A stretch of 64,000 nt of DNA, taken from positions 709-64,708 of the forward strand of contig JBAZNJ010000005.1 in assembly GCA_041649315.1 (NCBI GenBank), written 5' to 3'. Made by a program: the position numbers and the translations under genes. The DNA comes from Patescibacteria group bacterium. GTDB lineage: Bacteria > Patescibacteriota > Patescibacteriia > Patescibacteriales > UBA12465. A model generated the notes under the pieces. It was not told the origin of the DNA. It was given only the letters and a program-made list of their open reading frames with translations, and ran no database searches. How positions within the stretch are numbered: the stretch's first letter is position 1; each line of letters begins with the position of its first letter. Below are positions 16,547-26,206 of this stretch, piece after piece.

Positions 16547-18562
16547 TTACATCAACAACAAACCGACTATCAATAAAGCTACAATATTCAAAACCTTAAT
16601 CATCGGATTGATTGCCGGGCCGGCCGTATCTTTATAAGGATCGCCGACCGTATCACCGGTAACCGCCGCTTTATGCGCATCCGAACCCTTGCCGCCGAAA
16701 TGCCCGGACTCAATATATTTTTTCGCATTATCCCAAGCGCCGCCGCCCGAAGTCATAGACACCGCAACAAAAATTCCGGTAATAATTGAACCGACCAACA
16801 ATCCGCCTAAAGCCTCAACGCCTCTTCCGGTCCCAAACAAATTAAACCCAAAACCGACCGCAATCGGCACGACGATCGGAATTAAAGCCGGAATAATCAT
16901 TTCTTTAATCGCCGCTTTGGTCACAATATCAACCGTCCGCCCATAATCCGGTTTTTCCGTATTATTCATAATTCCCGGCTTCTCCTTAAATTGCGCCCGC
17001 ACATCCTCTACGACCGAACCGGCCGCGCGGCCGACCGCCTTCATCGCCATGGCACCGAATAAATATGGAAGTAAGCCACCGATGAATAAGCCAATTAAAA
17101 CATAGGGGTTATCTATTAAAAATTCCGCCTGGCCGCCGCCGTCTTTTATTTTGTAAGTAAAATCCGCGAACAAAACTAAAGCCGCTAAAGCCGCCGAACC
17201 GATCGCGTAACCTTTAGTTACCGCTTTAGTCGTATTTCCGACCGCGTCCAAGGGGTCGGTAATATTCCGAACATCTTCGCCAAGCTCCGCCATCTCCGCA
17301 ATCCCGCCGGCATTATCAGTAATCGGGCCATAAGCGTCAATCGTCACAATAATCCCGGCCATAGAAAGCATGGCCATGGCCGCAATCGCGATTCCATATA
17401 AACCAGCCAAAGAATAAGCGCCTAAAATCGCGGCCGCGATCACGATAATCGGCCAAGCCGTAGATTTCATAGACACTGCCAGGCCAGCAATCACATTTGT
17501 GCCGCTACCGGTCCGGGAAGCTTCAGCAATGTCCTTTACCGGCCGAAACTTGGTCGAAGTATAATACTCGGTAATGACAACTAGTAATCCGGTTACCGCT
17601 AAACCAATCAAAGCCGCCAGATAAACTTTTCCGCTTAAAGCGACATCAACGATAAAATATTTAGTAATCGGATAAAAAGCAAGGGCTGCTAAAACTCCGG
17701 CCGCAGTCAACCCTTTATACAAAGCCCGCATAATATTCTGACTTTTCCCGAGCCGAATAAAAAATATCCCGATAACCGAAGCAATTATCGAAACCGCTCC
17801 CAAGATTAACGGATACAAAATAATATTAGCGTCGCCTTTAAAAGTAAGGGAGCCAAGAACCATGGCGGCGATAGAAGTCACGGCGTAAGTTTCAAATAGA
17901 TCTGCTGCCATCCCGGCGCAGTCGCCGACATTATCACCAACATTATCGGCAATCACTGCCGGATTACGCGGATCATCTTCCGGAATATCTGACTCAACCT
18001 TGCCGACCAAATCAGCGCCAACATCGGCCGCTTTGGTATAGATACCGCCGCCCAAACGGGCAAAAATAGAAATCAAAGATCCACCGAAAGCAAAACCAAT
18101 CAAAGCATGAAGATCATGAGTTAAAAAATAAAAACCAGCCGTGCCTAAAAGAGCTAGCCCGACCACAAGCATGCCAGTAACGCTCCCTCCCTTAACCGCG
18201 ACATTCAGGGCCTTTTTTATTCCTCCACGCGCCGCTTCCGTAGTTCGAACATTCGCTCTGACGCTCACATACATTCCAATATAACCGGTTAAAGCCGAAA
18301 GGCCGGCCCCAAGAATAAAAGCAATCGCCGTTAACCAGCCCAGCGCCGGAATAAAACCAATGATTAAAAATAGGACGACTGCGACCAAGGCCACTGATTT
18401 ATACTGGCGATTCAAGAAAGCTTTGGCGCCGGCTTGGATCGCCGCCGCGATTTCTTTCATTTTTTCATTGCCGCCAGAAAGGCGCAAAATCGAAGCGATA
18501 ACAATCGTGCCATAGATCAGCGCGACTAAAGCGCTCCCAAGAATCAATAAATTGGTTAGCAT
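16547..18562 (-). CDS. hppA: Membrane-integral H+-translocating pyrophosphatase (K+-independent type signature)
   Basis: 671 aa, polytopic. Contains [27 protein letters not shown] and [20 protein letters not shown] motifs. Confidence 0.95.
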   Translation of the reverse strand: MLTNLLILGSALVALIYGTIVIASILRLSGGNEKMKEIAAAIQAGAKAFLNRQYKSVALVAVVLFLIIGFIPALGWLTAIAFILGAGLSALTGYIGMYVSVRANVRTTEAARGGIKKALNVAVKGGSVTGMLVVGLALLGTAGFYFLTHDLHALIGFAFGGSLISIFARLGGGIYTKAADVGADLVGKVESDIPEDDPRNPAVIADNVGDNVGDCAGMAADLFETYAVTSIAAMVLGSLTFKGDANIILYPLILGAVSIIASVIGIFFIRLGKSQNIMRALYKGLTAAGVLAALAFYPITKYFIVDVALSGKVYLAALIGLAVTGLLVVITEYYTSTKFRPVKDIAEASRTGSGTNVIAGLAVSMKSTAWPIIVIAAAILGAYSLAGLYGIAIAAMAMLSMAGIIVTIDAYGPITDNAGGIAEMAELGEDVRNITDPLDAVGNTTKAVTKGYAIGSAALAALVLFADFTYKIKDGGGQAEFLIDNPYVLIGLFIGGLLPYLFGAMAMKAVGRAAGSVVEDVRAQFKEKPGIMNNTEKPDYGRTVDIVTKAAIKEMIIPALIPIVVPIAVGFGFNLFGTGRGVEALGGLLVGSIITGIFVAVSMTSGGGAWDNAKKYIESGHFGGKGSDAHKAAVTGDTVGDPYKDTAGPAINPMIKVLNIVALLIVGLLLM

Positions 18563-18587
18563 ATTTTTATGGTTTTAATTATAAAAT

Positions 18588-20093
18588 CTATTTTGTTTTT
18601 TTGGCTGCCGATTTTTTTTCTCCGGTCTTTTTTTCTTTTTTCGGCGCCTTGTCTTTTGTCTCATCCTTATCTCCGCCTTTTTTATTTTCTTCTTTTTCTC
18701 CGCCCTTGTTTTTTTTCTCTTTTTTGTCTTTCTTATTTTCTTGTTCTGTCTTCTCTGCCTTTTCTGCTTTTTCCTTTTTCTTTTCCTCTCCATTTACAAC
18801 TTCCGGCTCGCCGGCAACCGCTTTGGCCATCCCCGATTCCTTTTCGCCTTCTTCCTTAACTTTTTCTTCGCCTTCTATCTCTTCACTGCCGATAACTTTC
18901 TTTTCTCCATCTTCCGTTGCTTCAATAATATCAATTTTCCAACCGGTCAAACGCGCCGCCAAGCGGACGTTCTGGCCGGCCTTGCCGATCGCTAAAGATA
19001 ATTTATCGGAAGAAACCTTAACCGTCGCCTTGTGCTCGGCTTGATCAAGTTCAATCGCCATTATTTTTGCCGGCGCTAATGCGTTAGCAATAAATTTTTC
19101 CGGATCATCATCATATTCAATAATATCTATCTTTTCGCCGCCAAGTTCACTAATAATCGTCTGAACACGACTACCACGCTGGCCGACACAGGAACCGACC
19201 GGATCAACATTCTCGGCATCCGTCCAAATCGCAACTTTGGAACGCGAACCCGCTTCCCGCGCCACCGCCTTGATTTCCACCAAGCCGTTAGCAATTTCCG
19301 GAATTTCTAAATAGAAAATTTTACGTAAAATCTCTTCGCTCCGGCGCGACAAAATTATTTCCGGCCCTTTATGTCCTTCTCTAACTTCTTTAATAAAAAC
19401 CTTTACCCGATCATTCGGATTATAGCGCTCGGTATAAATCTGTTCTTCGGCCGGCAATAGGCCAATCGCCTTGCCTAAATCAACAAAAACAAAACGTCCT
19501 TCTCGGCGCTGGATAATACCGGAGACGACTTCATGCTCCTTGCCTTTGAATTCGCCAAAAATCATATCCCGTTCCATTTCCCGAAGTTTCTGGATAATCA
19601 CTTGTTTCGCAGTTTGCGCGGCCATCCGGCCATAAGTATCCGGAATCGGCAGTTCGGTCTTAATTTCGTCACCAACCTTGGCCTCATGTTTTAAAATTTT
19701 AGCTTCTTTAAGCTGAATATCCGTTTTTGGATTAAATTTTTTCTTTTCTTCCTCCCCTTCCTCTCCCTCGGCCGTGGCCTCTTCGCGCGGCAAACGCGAT
19801 TCCCGATTTTCCCTTAATTCATCCTTGTTCAATTCCTTGGGGTTAGGATTATATAAATTCTTCAACATTTCTGCTTCTTCTTCGGCCGGCAAATCTTCCA
19901 CAACCGTCTTAACGTCAAAAACCTCCGAGCTTCCGGTTTCCGGATTGAATTTAATCTGGATATTCTGGTTTCGTTCACCGTAATCCTTGCGATAAGCGGC
20001 GGCTAAAGCCAGCTCAACCGCGGCAATCACGGATTCGTAATCAAGGTTTTTTTCCTCGCATAGCTGCTTGATTGCAGCGCTTATTTCTGACAT
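18588..20093 (-). CDS. nusA: Transcription termination/antitermination factor NusA with a ~100-aa K/E-rich tail
   Basis: NusA N-terminal domain, S1 domain and two KH domains (…GSCVGQRGSRVQ…, …AIGKAGQNVRLAARLTGWKIDI…), followed by a low-complexity K/E/G tail. Confidence 0.92.
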   Translation of the reverse strand: MSEISAAIKQLCEEKNLDYESVIAAVELALAAAYRKDYGERNQNIQIKFNPETGSSEVFDVKTVVEDLPAEEEAEMLKNLYNPNPKELNKDELRENRESRLPREEATAEGEEGEEEKKKFNPKTDIQLKEAKILKHEAKVGDEIKTELPIPDTYGRMAAQTAKQVIIQKLREMERDMIFGEFKGKEHEVVSGIIQRREGRFVFVDLGKAIGLLPAEEQIYTERYNPNDRVKVFIKEVREGHKGPEIILSRRSEEILRKIFYLEIPEIANGLVEIKAVAREAGSRSKVAIWTDAENVDPVGSCVGQRGSRVQTIISELGGEKIDIIEYDDDPEKFIANALAPAKIMAIELDQAEHKATVKVSSDKLSLAIGKAGQNVRLAARLTGWKIDIIEATEDGEKKVIGSEEIEGEEKVKEEGEKESGMAKAVAGEPEVVNGEEKKKEKAEKAEKTEQENKKDKKEKKNKGGEKEENKKGGDKDETKDKAPKKEKKTGEKKSAAKKTK

Positions 20094-20130
20094 ATTTTTT
20101 CGGGCCCGCTAAAGCAGGCGTTAAATATTT

Positions 20131-20162
20131 AAATAAAAAGCTAATTGTAAGAACAACTAGCT
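20131..20162 (-). terminator. Intrinsic terminator after the pilin-like gene
   Basis: Minus strand reads AGCUAGUUG-UUCUUA-CAAUUAGCU (one G.U pair) followed by UUUUUAUUU. Confidence 0.6.
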
Positions 20163-20227
20163 TCTATATATAGAATAACATATTTAAGGTTTTTGTAAAG
20201 CCCGGCGCGATATAAAAACTAATCGGC

Positions 20228-20671
20228 TTAATTCGGGCCGTAAGGACTATAAAACGTCGGATCAACCGCATTAGTTACGGCCCGGTTTAAAATAATAATC
20301 AAATACCGCGTAATCGTCCAAGCCGCTAAAATGATAACTAATCCGATTATTCCATTTTTCAATAGCCCGACCGCTTTTTTAATCTTTTCCTCATTACCGG
20401 CTGAAGTCATGTACATAAACCCGGCGGCAATAGTCAGGCCCAAAAAAATTATGCCTAAAAATTCTAAAACAATCCTAATTATGTTGGCAATGGTAATTCT
20501 GATATCAGTCGGGGTGTTGTCGCCATAGGCCGTAGTTCCAACCTCACTTAATCCGATTTGGCTATCAAGCAAGCTTTGGTCAGCTAAAACCGGATGGAAT
20601 CCGAAAATAAAAACTAAAGAGAAAAATGACAAGAATATCCCGGCCAAAAGCTGTTTTTTGATAATAGACAT
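20228..20671 (-). CDS. Secreted two-TM protein, TrbC/VirB2-type (T4SS-like) pilin candidate
   Basis: 147 aa. Signal peptide plus two TM helices flanking YMTSAGNEEKIKKA, an architecture I recall for the T4SS-pilin family frequent in CPR. The assignment is from memory. Confidence 0.5.
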   Translation of the reverse strand: MSIIKKQLLAGIFLSFFSLVFIFGFHPVLADQSLLDSQIGLSEVGTTAYGDNTPTDIRITIANIIRIVLEFLGIIFLGLTIAAGFMYMTSAGNEEKIKKAVGLLKNGIIGLVIILAAWTITRYLIIILNRAVTNAVDPTFYSPYGPN

Positions 20672-20824
20672 ATCTTTTTACAATTATGATATAATTATAT
20701 CAGGCCTTAATATTATATAAAAATAAACCCGGAAATACAAGCCGGGAACGAGCCGGAAAAATCGTCGCGTCAAAAACCGGACTGACGAAAAATTCTGTCT
20801 TACTAAGGTCTTTGTTATAAAAAA

Positions 20825-22300
20825 ATGAATTTAGGAAAAAAAGTCGCCCATAATACCCTACTTCAAATAATCGGCAAAATAATTTCTACAATTTTGGGCC
20901 TTTTCGCTTTAGCTATAATTACCCGGCAACTCGGGCTCGGCGGTTTCGGCGAATACACGACCGTCTTAACCTTCTTAACTTTTTTCGCAGTTATCGGCGA
21001 CTTAGGTCTAACCCTGGTAACGGCCCAAATGATTAGCGGCCGCAATGAAAATGAAAATAAAATTTTAAATAATCTTTTCGGCCTGCGCCTGGTTTCCGCT
21101 ATTTTAATTTTAGCCTTAGCCCCTCTAACCGTCTCCTTCTTCCCTTATAGCCCGGCCGTAAAATTCGGCGTCCTGATTTCTTTAGGCGCTTTTTTATTCC
21201 CGGCTTTAAACCAAATAATCATCGGCCTATTCCAAAAAAAATTAAGCATGGGTCGGGATGTTTTGGCGGAAACTATTAGCCGCCTGACTTTAATCGCCGG
21301 AATCTTAGTGGTCCGTTCGTTTGGCGGCGGCCTAAACGGCATCTTAATCGCCACGCTAATTTCGGCTGGAGTAAATTTTATTTTTCATTATTTCCTTTCT
21401 CTTAAATTTGCTTTTATCCGACCGGAATTTGATTGGGTAATCTGGAAAAAAATCTTTAATAAATCCTGGCCCTTGGCGATAACTATTGTTTTAAATTTAA
21501 TCTACCTACGAGCTGACACCTTGATCCTGTCTTTATTCCGCAGTCCGGAAGAAGTCGGCCTTTACGGCGCGACTTATAAAATTATAGATGTCCTGACTGC
21601 TATCCCTTTTATGTTTGCTGGGCTGCTCCTGCCAATTTTAACCGCGGCTTGGGAAGAAAATAATCAAACTTATTTTAAAAAAGTTCTGCAAAAATCTTTC
21701 GACTTTATGGCAATTGGCGCGCTTCCCTTGATTGTCGGCGCACAATTCTTAGGCCGACCGATAATGGCTCTAGTCGCCGGTCCGGATTTCGCAGCCGCCG
21801 GGAATATCTTGCGTGTCCTAATTTTAGCGGTCGCCGCAATTTTTTTAGGCACAATTTTTTCCCATGCGGTCATCGCTTTAGACCGGCAGAAAAAAATGAT
21901 TGGCTTTTATATGTTCACTAGTTTAAGTTCTCTGGCCGCTTATTTTTTCTTAATTCCCCGTTTTTCTTATTTCGCGGCCGCCGGAGTAACTATTTATAGT
22001 GAAGTGATGATCGCCATTTTTTCCGCTTATTGCGTATTTAAATACAGCCGTTTCTGGCCAAAATTAAAAATAACCGCTATTTCTCTTCTAAGCAGCGCCC
22101 TAATGGGAGGATTTTTATACTTCTTTGGTCCGCGTTGGTCAGGAACGATTATCGGGCTTCTCGCTCTACTTATTCTATCCGGCCTAATCTATTTTGCCGG
22201 CCTGCTCTTGCTCGGCGGAATTAAAAAAACGGATTTACAGATGATTTTTAAAAACCAAAAAAAGAGTTCGGGCCCAGTTTATGGCGGAGAAAATTTATAA
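20825..22300 (+). CDS. Polysaccharide/oligosaccharide flippase (MOP superfamily, Wzx/MurJ-like)
   Basis: 491 aa with ~12-14 TM segments. The N-terminal pattern (NTLLQIIGKIISTILGLFALAIITRQLG..FG.Y) is typical of MOP flippases. Confidence 0.8.
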   Translation: MNLGKKVAHNTLLQIIGKIISTILGLFALAIITRQLGLGGFGEYTTVLTFLTFFAVIGDLGLTLVTAQMISGRNENENKILNNLFGLRLVSAILILALAPLTVSFFPYSPAVKFGVLISLGAFLFPALNQIIIGLFQKKLSMGRDVLAETISRLTLIAGILVVRSFGGGLNGILIATLISAGVNFIFHYFLSLKFAFIRPEFDWVIWKKIFNKSWPLAITIVLNLIYLRADTLILSLFRSPEEVGLYGATYKIIDVLTAIPFMFAGLLLPILTAAWEENNQTYFKKVLQKSFDFMAIGALPLIVGAQFLGRPIMALVAGPDFAAAGNILRVLILAVAAIFLGTIFSHAVIALDRQKKMIGFYMFTSLSSLAAYFFLIPRFSYFAAAGVTIYSEVMIAIFSAYCVFKYSRFWPKLKITAISLLSSALMGGFLYFFGPRWSGTIIGLLALLILSGLIYFAGLLLLGGIKKTDLQMIFKNQKKSSGPVYGGENL

Positions 22301-22365
22301 ACTTAAATTTTGATATCGCTTGAACGCGCTTGACTTTCATCTTTTAATAATGGAGTATTCTTATT

Positions 22366-23168
22366 ATGAAAAATTTAACGAAAAAAAATCTTCCCAATAT
22401 CCCAGCAATGGGCGGCGTCCCGGAAATTATCGCGGAAACCGAGGACTATTTAGTAATCAATAAGCCGGCCGGACTAGCAGTCCATGGCGGCGGAAATTTA
22501 AAAGAGGCAACTTTGGCCGACTGGCTGATTGCGCGCTATCCGAAAATAAAGGCCGTCGGCGATGATCCGGCGCGGCCGGGCATAGTCCATCGCTTAGATA
22601 AAGAGGTTAGCGGCTTAATGGTTATTGCTAAAAATCAAAAAAGTTTTTTGGGTCTTAAAAAACAATTTCAAGACCGGACAATTATTAAAGAGTATGTAGC
22701 TCTGGCGCATGGCCAAATTTCTAAAGAAGACGGGGAAATAAATTTTCCGATCAAGCGCTCCAGCGAGGGTTATAAAATGGCCGCCCTGCTTTAGGCGCCG
22801 CTGAGCTATTAACGCGCCGCCAGCCGAAAAACCGGGACCAAGGAAATATTAAGGGAGTATTCGCCGCTCGGGACGCCTTGACTGAATTCCAAGTGATAAA
22901 AAGATTTATTAACTACACGCTTATCCGGATTAAGATAAAAACCGGCCGGACCCATCAAATCCGTGTCCATTTTTTCGCTTATGGGCATCCTTTGGCCGGA
23001 GATGGACTTTATTTCACTAAAAAAAGCCAAATTGCCAACAAAAAACTAAATTTAGGCCGAATTTTCCTCTTTGCCGACCACCTTTCCTTTCTTAATCTTA
23101 AGGGAGAAAAACAGGATTTTCGGCTTGATTTTCCACCCGAGCTAAAAGCCGCTTTGCCAAAAAATTAA
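22366..23168 (+). pseudogene. RluA-family pseudouridine synthase, disrupted (frameshift plus in-frame TAA)
   Basis: The N-terminal half (22366..22794) carries the catalytic HRLDKEVSGLMVIAKN motif. The C-terminal half (frame 3, 22854..23168) carries TGRTHQIRVH. Joining them needs a frame change near 22785-22795 and read-through of the TAA at 22851-22853. Confidence 0.7.
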
Positions 23169-23283
23169 AATTAATGTTAATCATAAAAACTAAGGCCAGT
23201 TTTCTTCCCGCCAAATCCCTTTACGCCAAGTTTTTTTTCTTATATAATATAAACTACAATTAAACAAACTAATAAATAACCTT

Positions 23284-24288
23284 ATGAAAAAATTCATGAA
23301 AAAAATGCTTTCCCGTAAAAATTTTACGCGAATCATTTTGCCGATTATCTTGGTGATAATCTTAGCGATAATCGCTTTAGTATCTTTCCGTTCGCCGGAA
23401 AAAACTATTAATAAATCCGAAGCCGGCGCTCGGGCGGAAAAATTCATTAATGACTTTCTGATGGAAAGCGGTACTAAGGCCACGGTTAAAGAAATAACCG
23501 AAGAATACGGCTTATATAAAATGCAGATCGATATCGTTAGCGATGTCGTTGAATCTTATCTATCTAAAGACGGAAAACTTTTCTTTCCGCAAGCTCTAGA
23601 TATCGATGAAATAAATAAAACCCAAGCGGCAGCCGGAGAAGCAGCGGCCGGCGGCGAAGGCGCGACCGTAAGCGTTAAAAACGATAAACCGGTTGTCGAA
23701 CTCTTTATTATGAGCTATTGCCCTTATGGCACCCAGATCCAAAAAGGAATCTTGCCGGTTTTAGAAACTCTAGGAGAAAAAATTGATTTCGAGCTTAAAT
23801 TCGTTGATTACGCGATGCATAGTAAAGAAGAACTGGATGAAAACTTAACCCAATATTGTATCCAGAAAAACGAAGCAGAAAAATTAAATGATTATTTAAC
23901 TTGTTTCTTAGCTGAAGGCCAGTCCGCTTCCTGTATAAGCGAAGCCGGAATTAAAAAATCCGCGCTTGATTCCTGCATCTCCGCAACTGACAAGCAATAC
24001 AAGATTACGGAAAACTTTAATAACAAAGTTGGCTATCAAGGCAACTACCCCGGCTTTGACGTTAATAAAGCTGACAACGAAAAATACGGCGTAGCCGGTT
24101 CTCCGACTTTGATTATCAACGGTCAGGAAATTAGAAGCAACCGCGACTCGGCGAGCTTACTACTAACGATTTGCGATGCTTTCAATAACCCGCCAGCCGA
24201 ATGCGCCACGACTCTTTCCCCAGCTTCTCCGACCCCCGGCTTTGGCTTTGATACTACGACGAATACTGTCGCCGCCAGTTGTGAATAA
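23284..24288 (+). CDS. Membrane-anchored thioredoxin-fold (DsbA-like) protein with a CPYG motif
   Basis: N-terminal TM helix. FIMSYCPYG occupies the position of a CxxC site, and the C-terminal GVAGSPTLIINGQE resembles the DsbA cis-Pro loop region. A Cys-rich helical insert is present. Confidence 0.6.
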   Translation: MKKFMKKMLSRKNFTRIILPIILVIILAIIALVSFRSPEKTINKSEAGARAEKFINDFLMESGTKATVKEITEEYGLYKMQIDIVSDVVESYLSKDGKLFFPQALDIDEINKTQAAAGEAAAGGEGATVSVKNDKPVVELFIMSYCPYGTQIQKGILPVLETLGEKIDFELKFVDYAMHSKEELDENLTQYCIQKNEAEKLNDYLTCFLAEGQSASCISEAGIKKSALDSCISATDKQYKITENFNNKVGYQGNYPGFDVNKADNEKYGVAGSPTLIINGQEIRSNRDSASLLLTICDAFNNPPAECATTLSPASPTPGFGFDTTTNTVAASCE

Positions 24289-24337
24289 TTATCGGTTATC
24301 CGCAAAATTATTTAATAATCATCATTGGATTATATTT

Positions 24338-24371
24338 TAAAAACCACCGGCCTGATAGCCGGTGGTTTTTA
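24338..24371. terminator. Bidirectional intrinsic terminator
   Basis: CCACCGGC-CTGATA-GCCGGTGG (24344-24365) flanked by AAAA and TTTTT. It sits between convergent genes. Confidence 0.75.
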
Positions 24372-24429
24372 TGATCCATTAATTCCTGTTTCCTTTTCCA
24401 ATAACTGCTCAAAAAATTGTCTTTTAAAT

Positions 24430-25656
24430 TTAAATCCGGCCGCGCCATTTTTCCGCCGCCAAAATTTTCTTAATCGCGATAATATAAGCCGCCTGGCGCA
24501 ATGTAATCTTCCCGCCGCTTGCCGAATATTTTTTATAAATCCGTTGCCAATTTTCAATCATCTTCTTTTCTAAAAGCCCGCGCAAATATTCTTCGTCTAA
24601 AATCTGACCGGTTCGATTCTGCGCCCACTCAAAATAACTCACAATCACGCCGCCGGAATTAGCTAAGATATCCGGCACAATTATTTTTTTATTCGCCGCC
24701 AAAATCTTATCGGCCTCATTGCTTACCGGGCCATTCGCCAATTCTACAATATAATCCGCTTTAATCTTAGCGGCGTTATCGGCAGTAATCTGATTTTCTA
24801 AGGCCGCCAAAACCAAAATGTCCGTTTCTAGCTCTAGAAGTTCAGCATTACTTACCGGACTCCCGCCCGCATATTCGCCAACCGGCCGGCCGCTATTTTT
24901 TAAGGCAATCAGTTCTTTGATATCCAATCCGGATTCATTATAAATCCCGCCCCGGCTATCAGAAACGGCGATAATCTTGTAGCCGTCATTAAATAATTTT
25001 TCCGTCATAAATAGACCGGCGTTCCCAAACCCCTGAATAACGACTTTTATCTCTTTTTTGCCCGGCAAAAATTGCTTGGCCGCTTCCTTAACCACTAAAT
25101 AACCGCCTTGCGCGGTTGCGTCGGCGCGCAAAGTGAGCCCGCCGAGTTCAAGCGGCTTGCCGGTGATCATCCCGGGTTCATGCCGGCCATTAATCTTCTC
25201 AAATTCATCAAGCATCCAGCCCATTACCCGGCTATTAGTATAGACGTCTGGCGCCGGGATATCCTTATCAACACCTAAATGCTCATGAAAAGCAGCTATA
25301 TACTTCCGGCTCACTTCTTCAATTTCCGAATCGTCAGCCGCTTTCGGATCAAATTTAACCCCGCCTTTAGCGCCACCATAAGGAATATCGGCCAAAGAAT
25401 TTTTTAAAGCCATCCAAAAAGCCAAGGACTTCACTTCGTCTTCGCTCGCTTCCGGATGGAACCTGATTCCGCCCTTGCCCGGACCGAGCGCTTCATTAAA
25501 AACTATCCGCCAGGCCGGATATTTTTTCCCTTTAATTTCTAGTTCGGAATAATTAGTTTTTACCGGCTCCAAAAGAACGCTCATTTCTTGATCGCTGATA
25601 TTTTCTAGGGCCTGGATTTCTTTTAATCGCTCTAAATTGTCATTAAAAATACTCAT
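24430..25656 (-). CDS. gdh: Glutamate dehydrogenase (Glu/Leu/Phe/Val dehydrogenase family)
   Basis: 408 aa. Contains the GPGKGGIRFHP and PYGGAKGG catalytic-region motifs and a GFGNAG Rossmann motif. Confidence 0.92.
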   Translation of the reverse strand: MSIFNDNLERLKEIQALENISDQEMSVLLEPVKTNYSELEIKGKKYPAWRIVFNEALGPGKGGIRFHPEASEDEVKSLAFWMALKNSLADIPYGGAKGGVKFDPKAADDSEIEEVSRKYIAAFHEHLGVDKDIPAPDVYTNSRVMGWMLDEFEKINGRHEPGMITGKPLELGGLTLRADATAQGGYLVVKEAAKQFLPGKKEIKVVIQGFGNAGLFMTEKLFNDGYKIIAVSDSRGGIYNESGLDIKELIALKNSGRPVGEYAGGSPVSNAELLELETDILVLAALENQITADNAAKIKADYIVELANGPVSNEADKILAANKKIIVPDILANSGGVIVSYFEWAQNRTGQILDEEYLRGLLEKKMIENWQRIYKKYSASGGKITLRQAAYIIAIKKILAAEKWRGRI

Positions 25657-25797
25657 ATAAATACTAAATAATCTGTTTTATTAAAACCATTTACCCGATA
25701 AAAACTAAGCAACATTCCGGCCAATTAGCGCCTTTTAATCCCATAAAAAATCAGAGCTTATCATCTCTCCCGATAAAAACTCCGATTAATTATTATT

Positions 25798-26130
25798 CTA
25801 TTTAAGAAAAGCTTCAATATCCGCCCGCAAAGCTTCTTTATTCTTCATCCCGACAAATTCCGCAATCACTTTCCCATCTTTAAAAAGTTTCATGTTCGGA
25901 ATGCTTTGGATCTGATACTCCGCGGCCAATTCCTGGTTAGCCACTTCTTCCGTGTTCACTTTAACAATTTTTATTTTTCCGGCCATCTCGGCGGCTAAAT
26001 CATCTAAAATCGGGCCCATCATCTGGCAAGGCATGCACCAGGTCGCCCAAAAGTCCACCAAGACCGGTATCGCGCTCTCCAGGACTTCAGCGGCAAAATT
26101 TTCTTTATTCACTTCTAAGGCTTTAGACAT
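25798..26130 (-). CDS. trxA: Thioredoxin (WCMPC active site)
   Basis: 110 aa. VLVDFWATWCMPCQ and the SIPNMKLFKDG cis-Pro region. Confidence 0.93.
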   Translation of the reverse strand: MSKALEVNKENFAAEVLESAIPVLVDFWATWCMPCQMMGPILDDLAAEMAGKIKIVKVNTEEVANQELAAEYQIQSIPNMKLFKDGKVIAEFVGMKNKEALRADIEAFLK

Positions 26131-26206
26131 ATTTTTTCTTTTTTACTGCCGTTCTTTTTTACCCCCTTATCCAAAAGAAGGCATAAAAGAGCGATACTAG
26201 TAAATT

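Noticed and set aside
18569-19044. Four overlapping ORFs on both strands (18569..18859+, 18575..18793-, 18601..19044+, 18741..18995+)
   Set aside because: They are produced by the purine/pyrimidine-skewed, stop-poor DNA encoding the K/E-rich NusA tail. The translations are low-complexity (poly-F/S/L or poly-K/R) and all overlap the well-supported nusA frame.
22809-23030. ORF 22809..23030 (-) antisense to the RluA-family pseudogene
   Set aside because: It is a shadow ORF opposite conserved RluA motifs (TGRTHQIRVH is encoded on the plus strand here).
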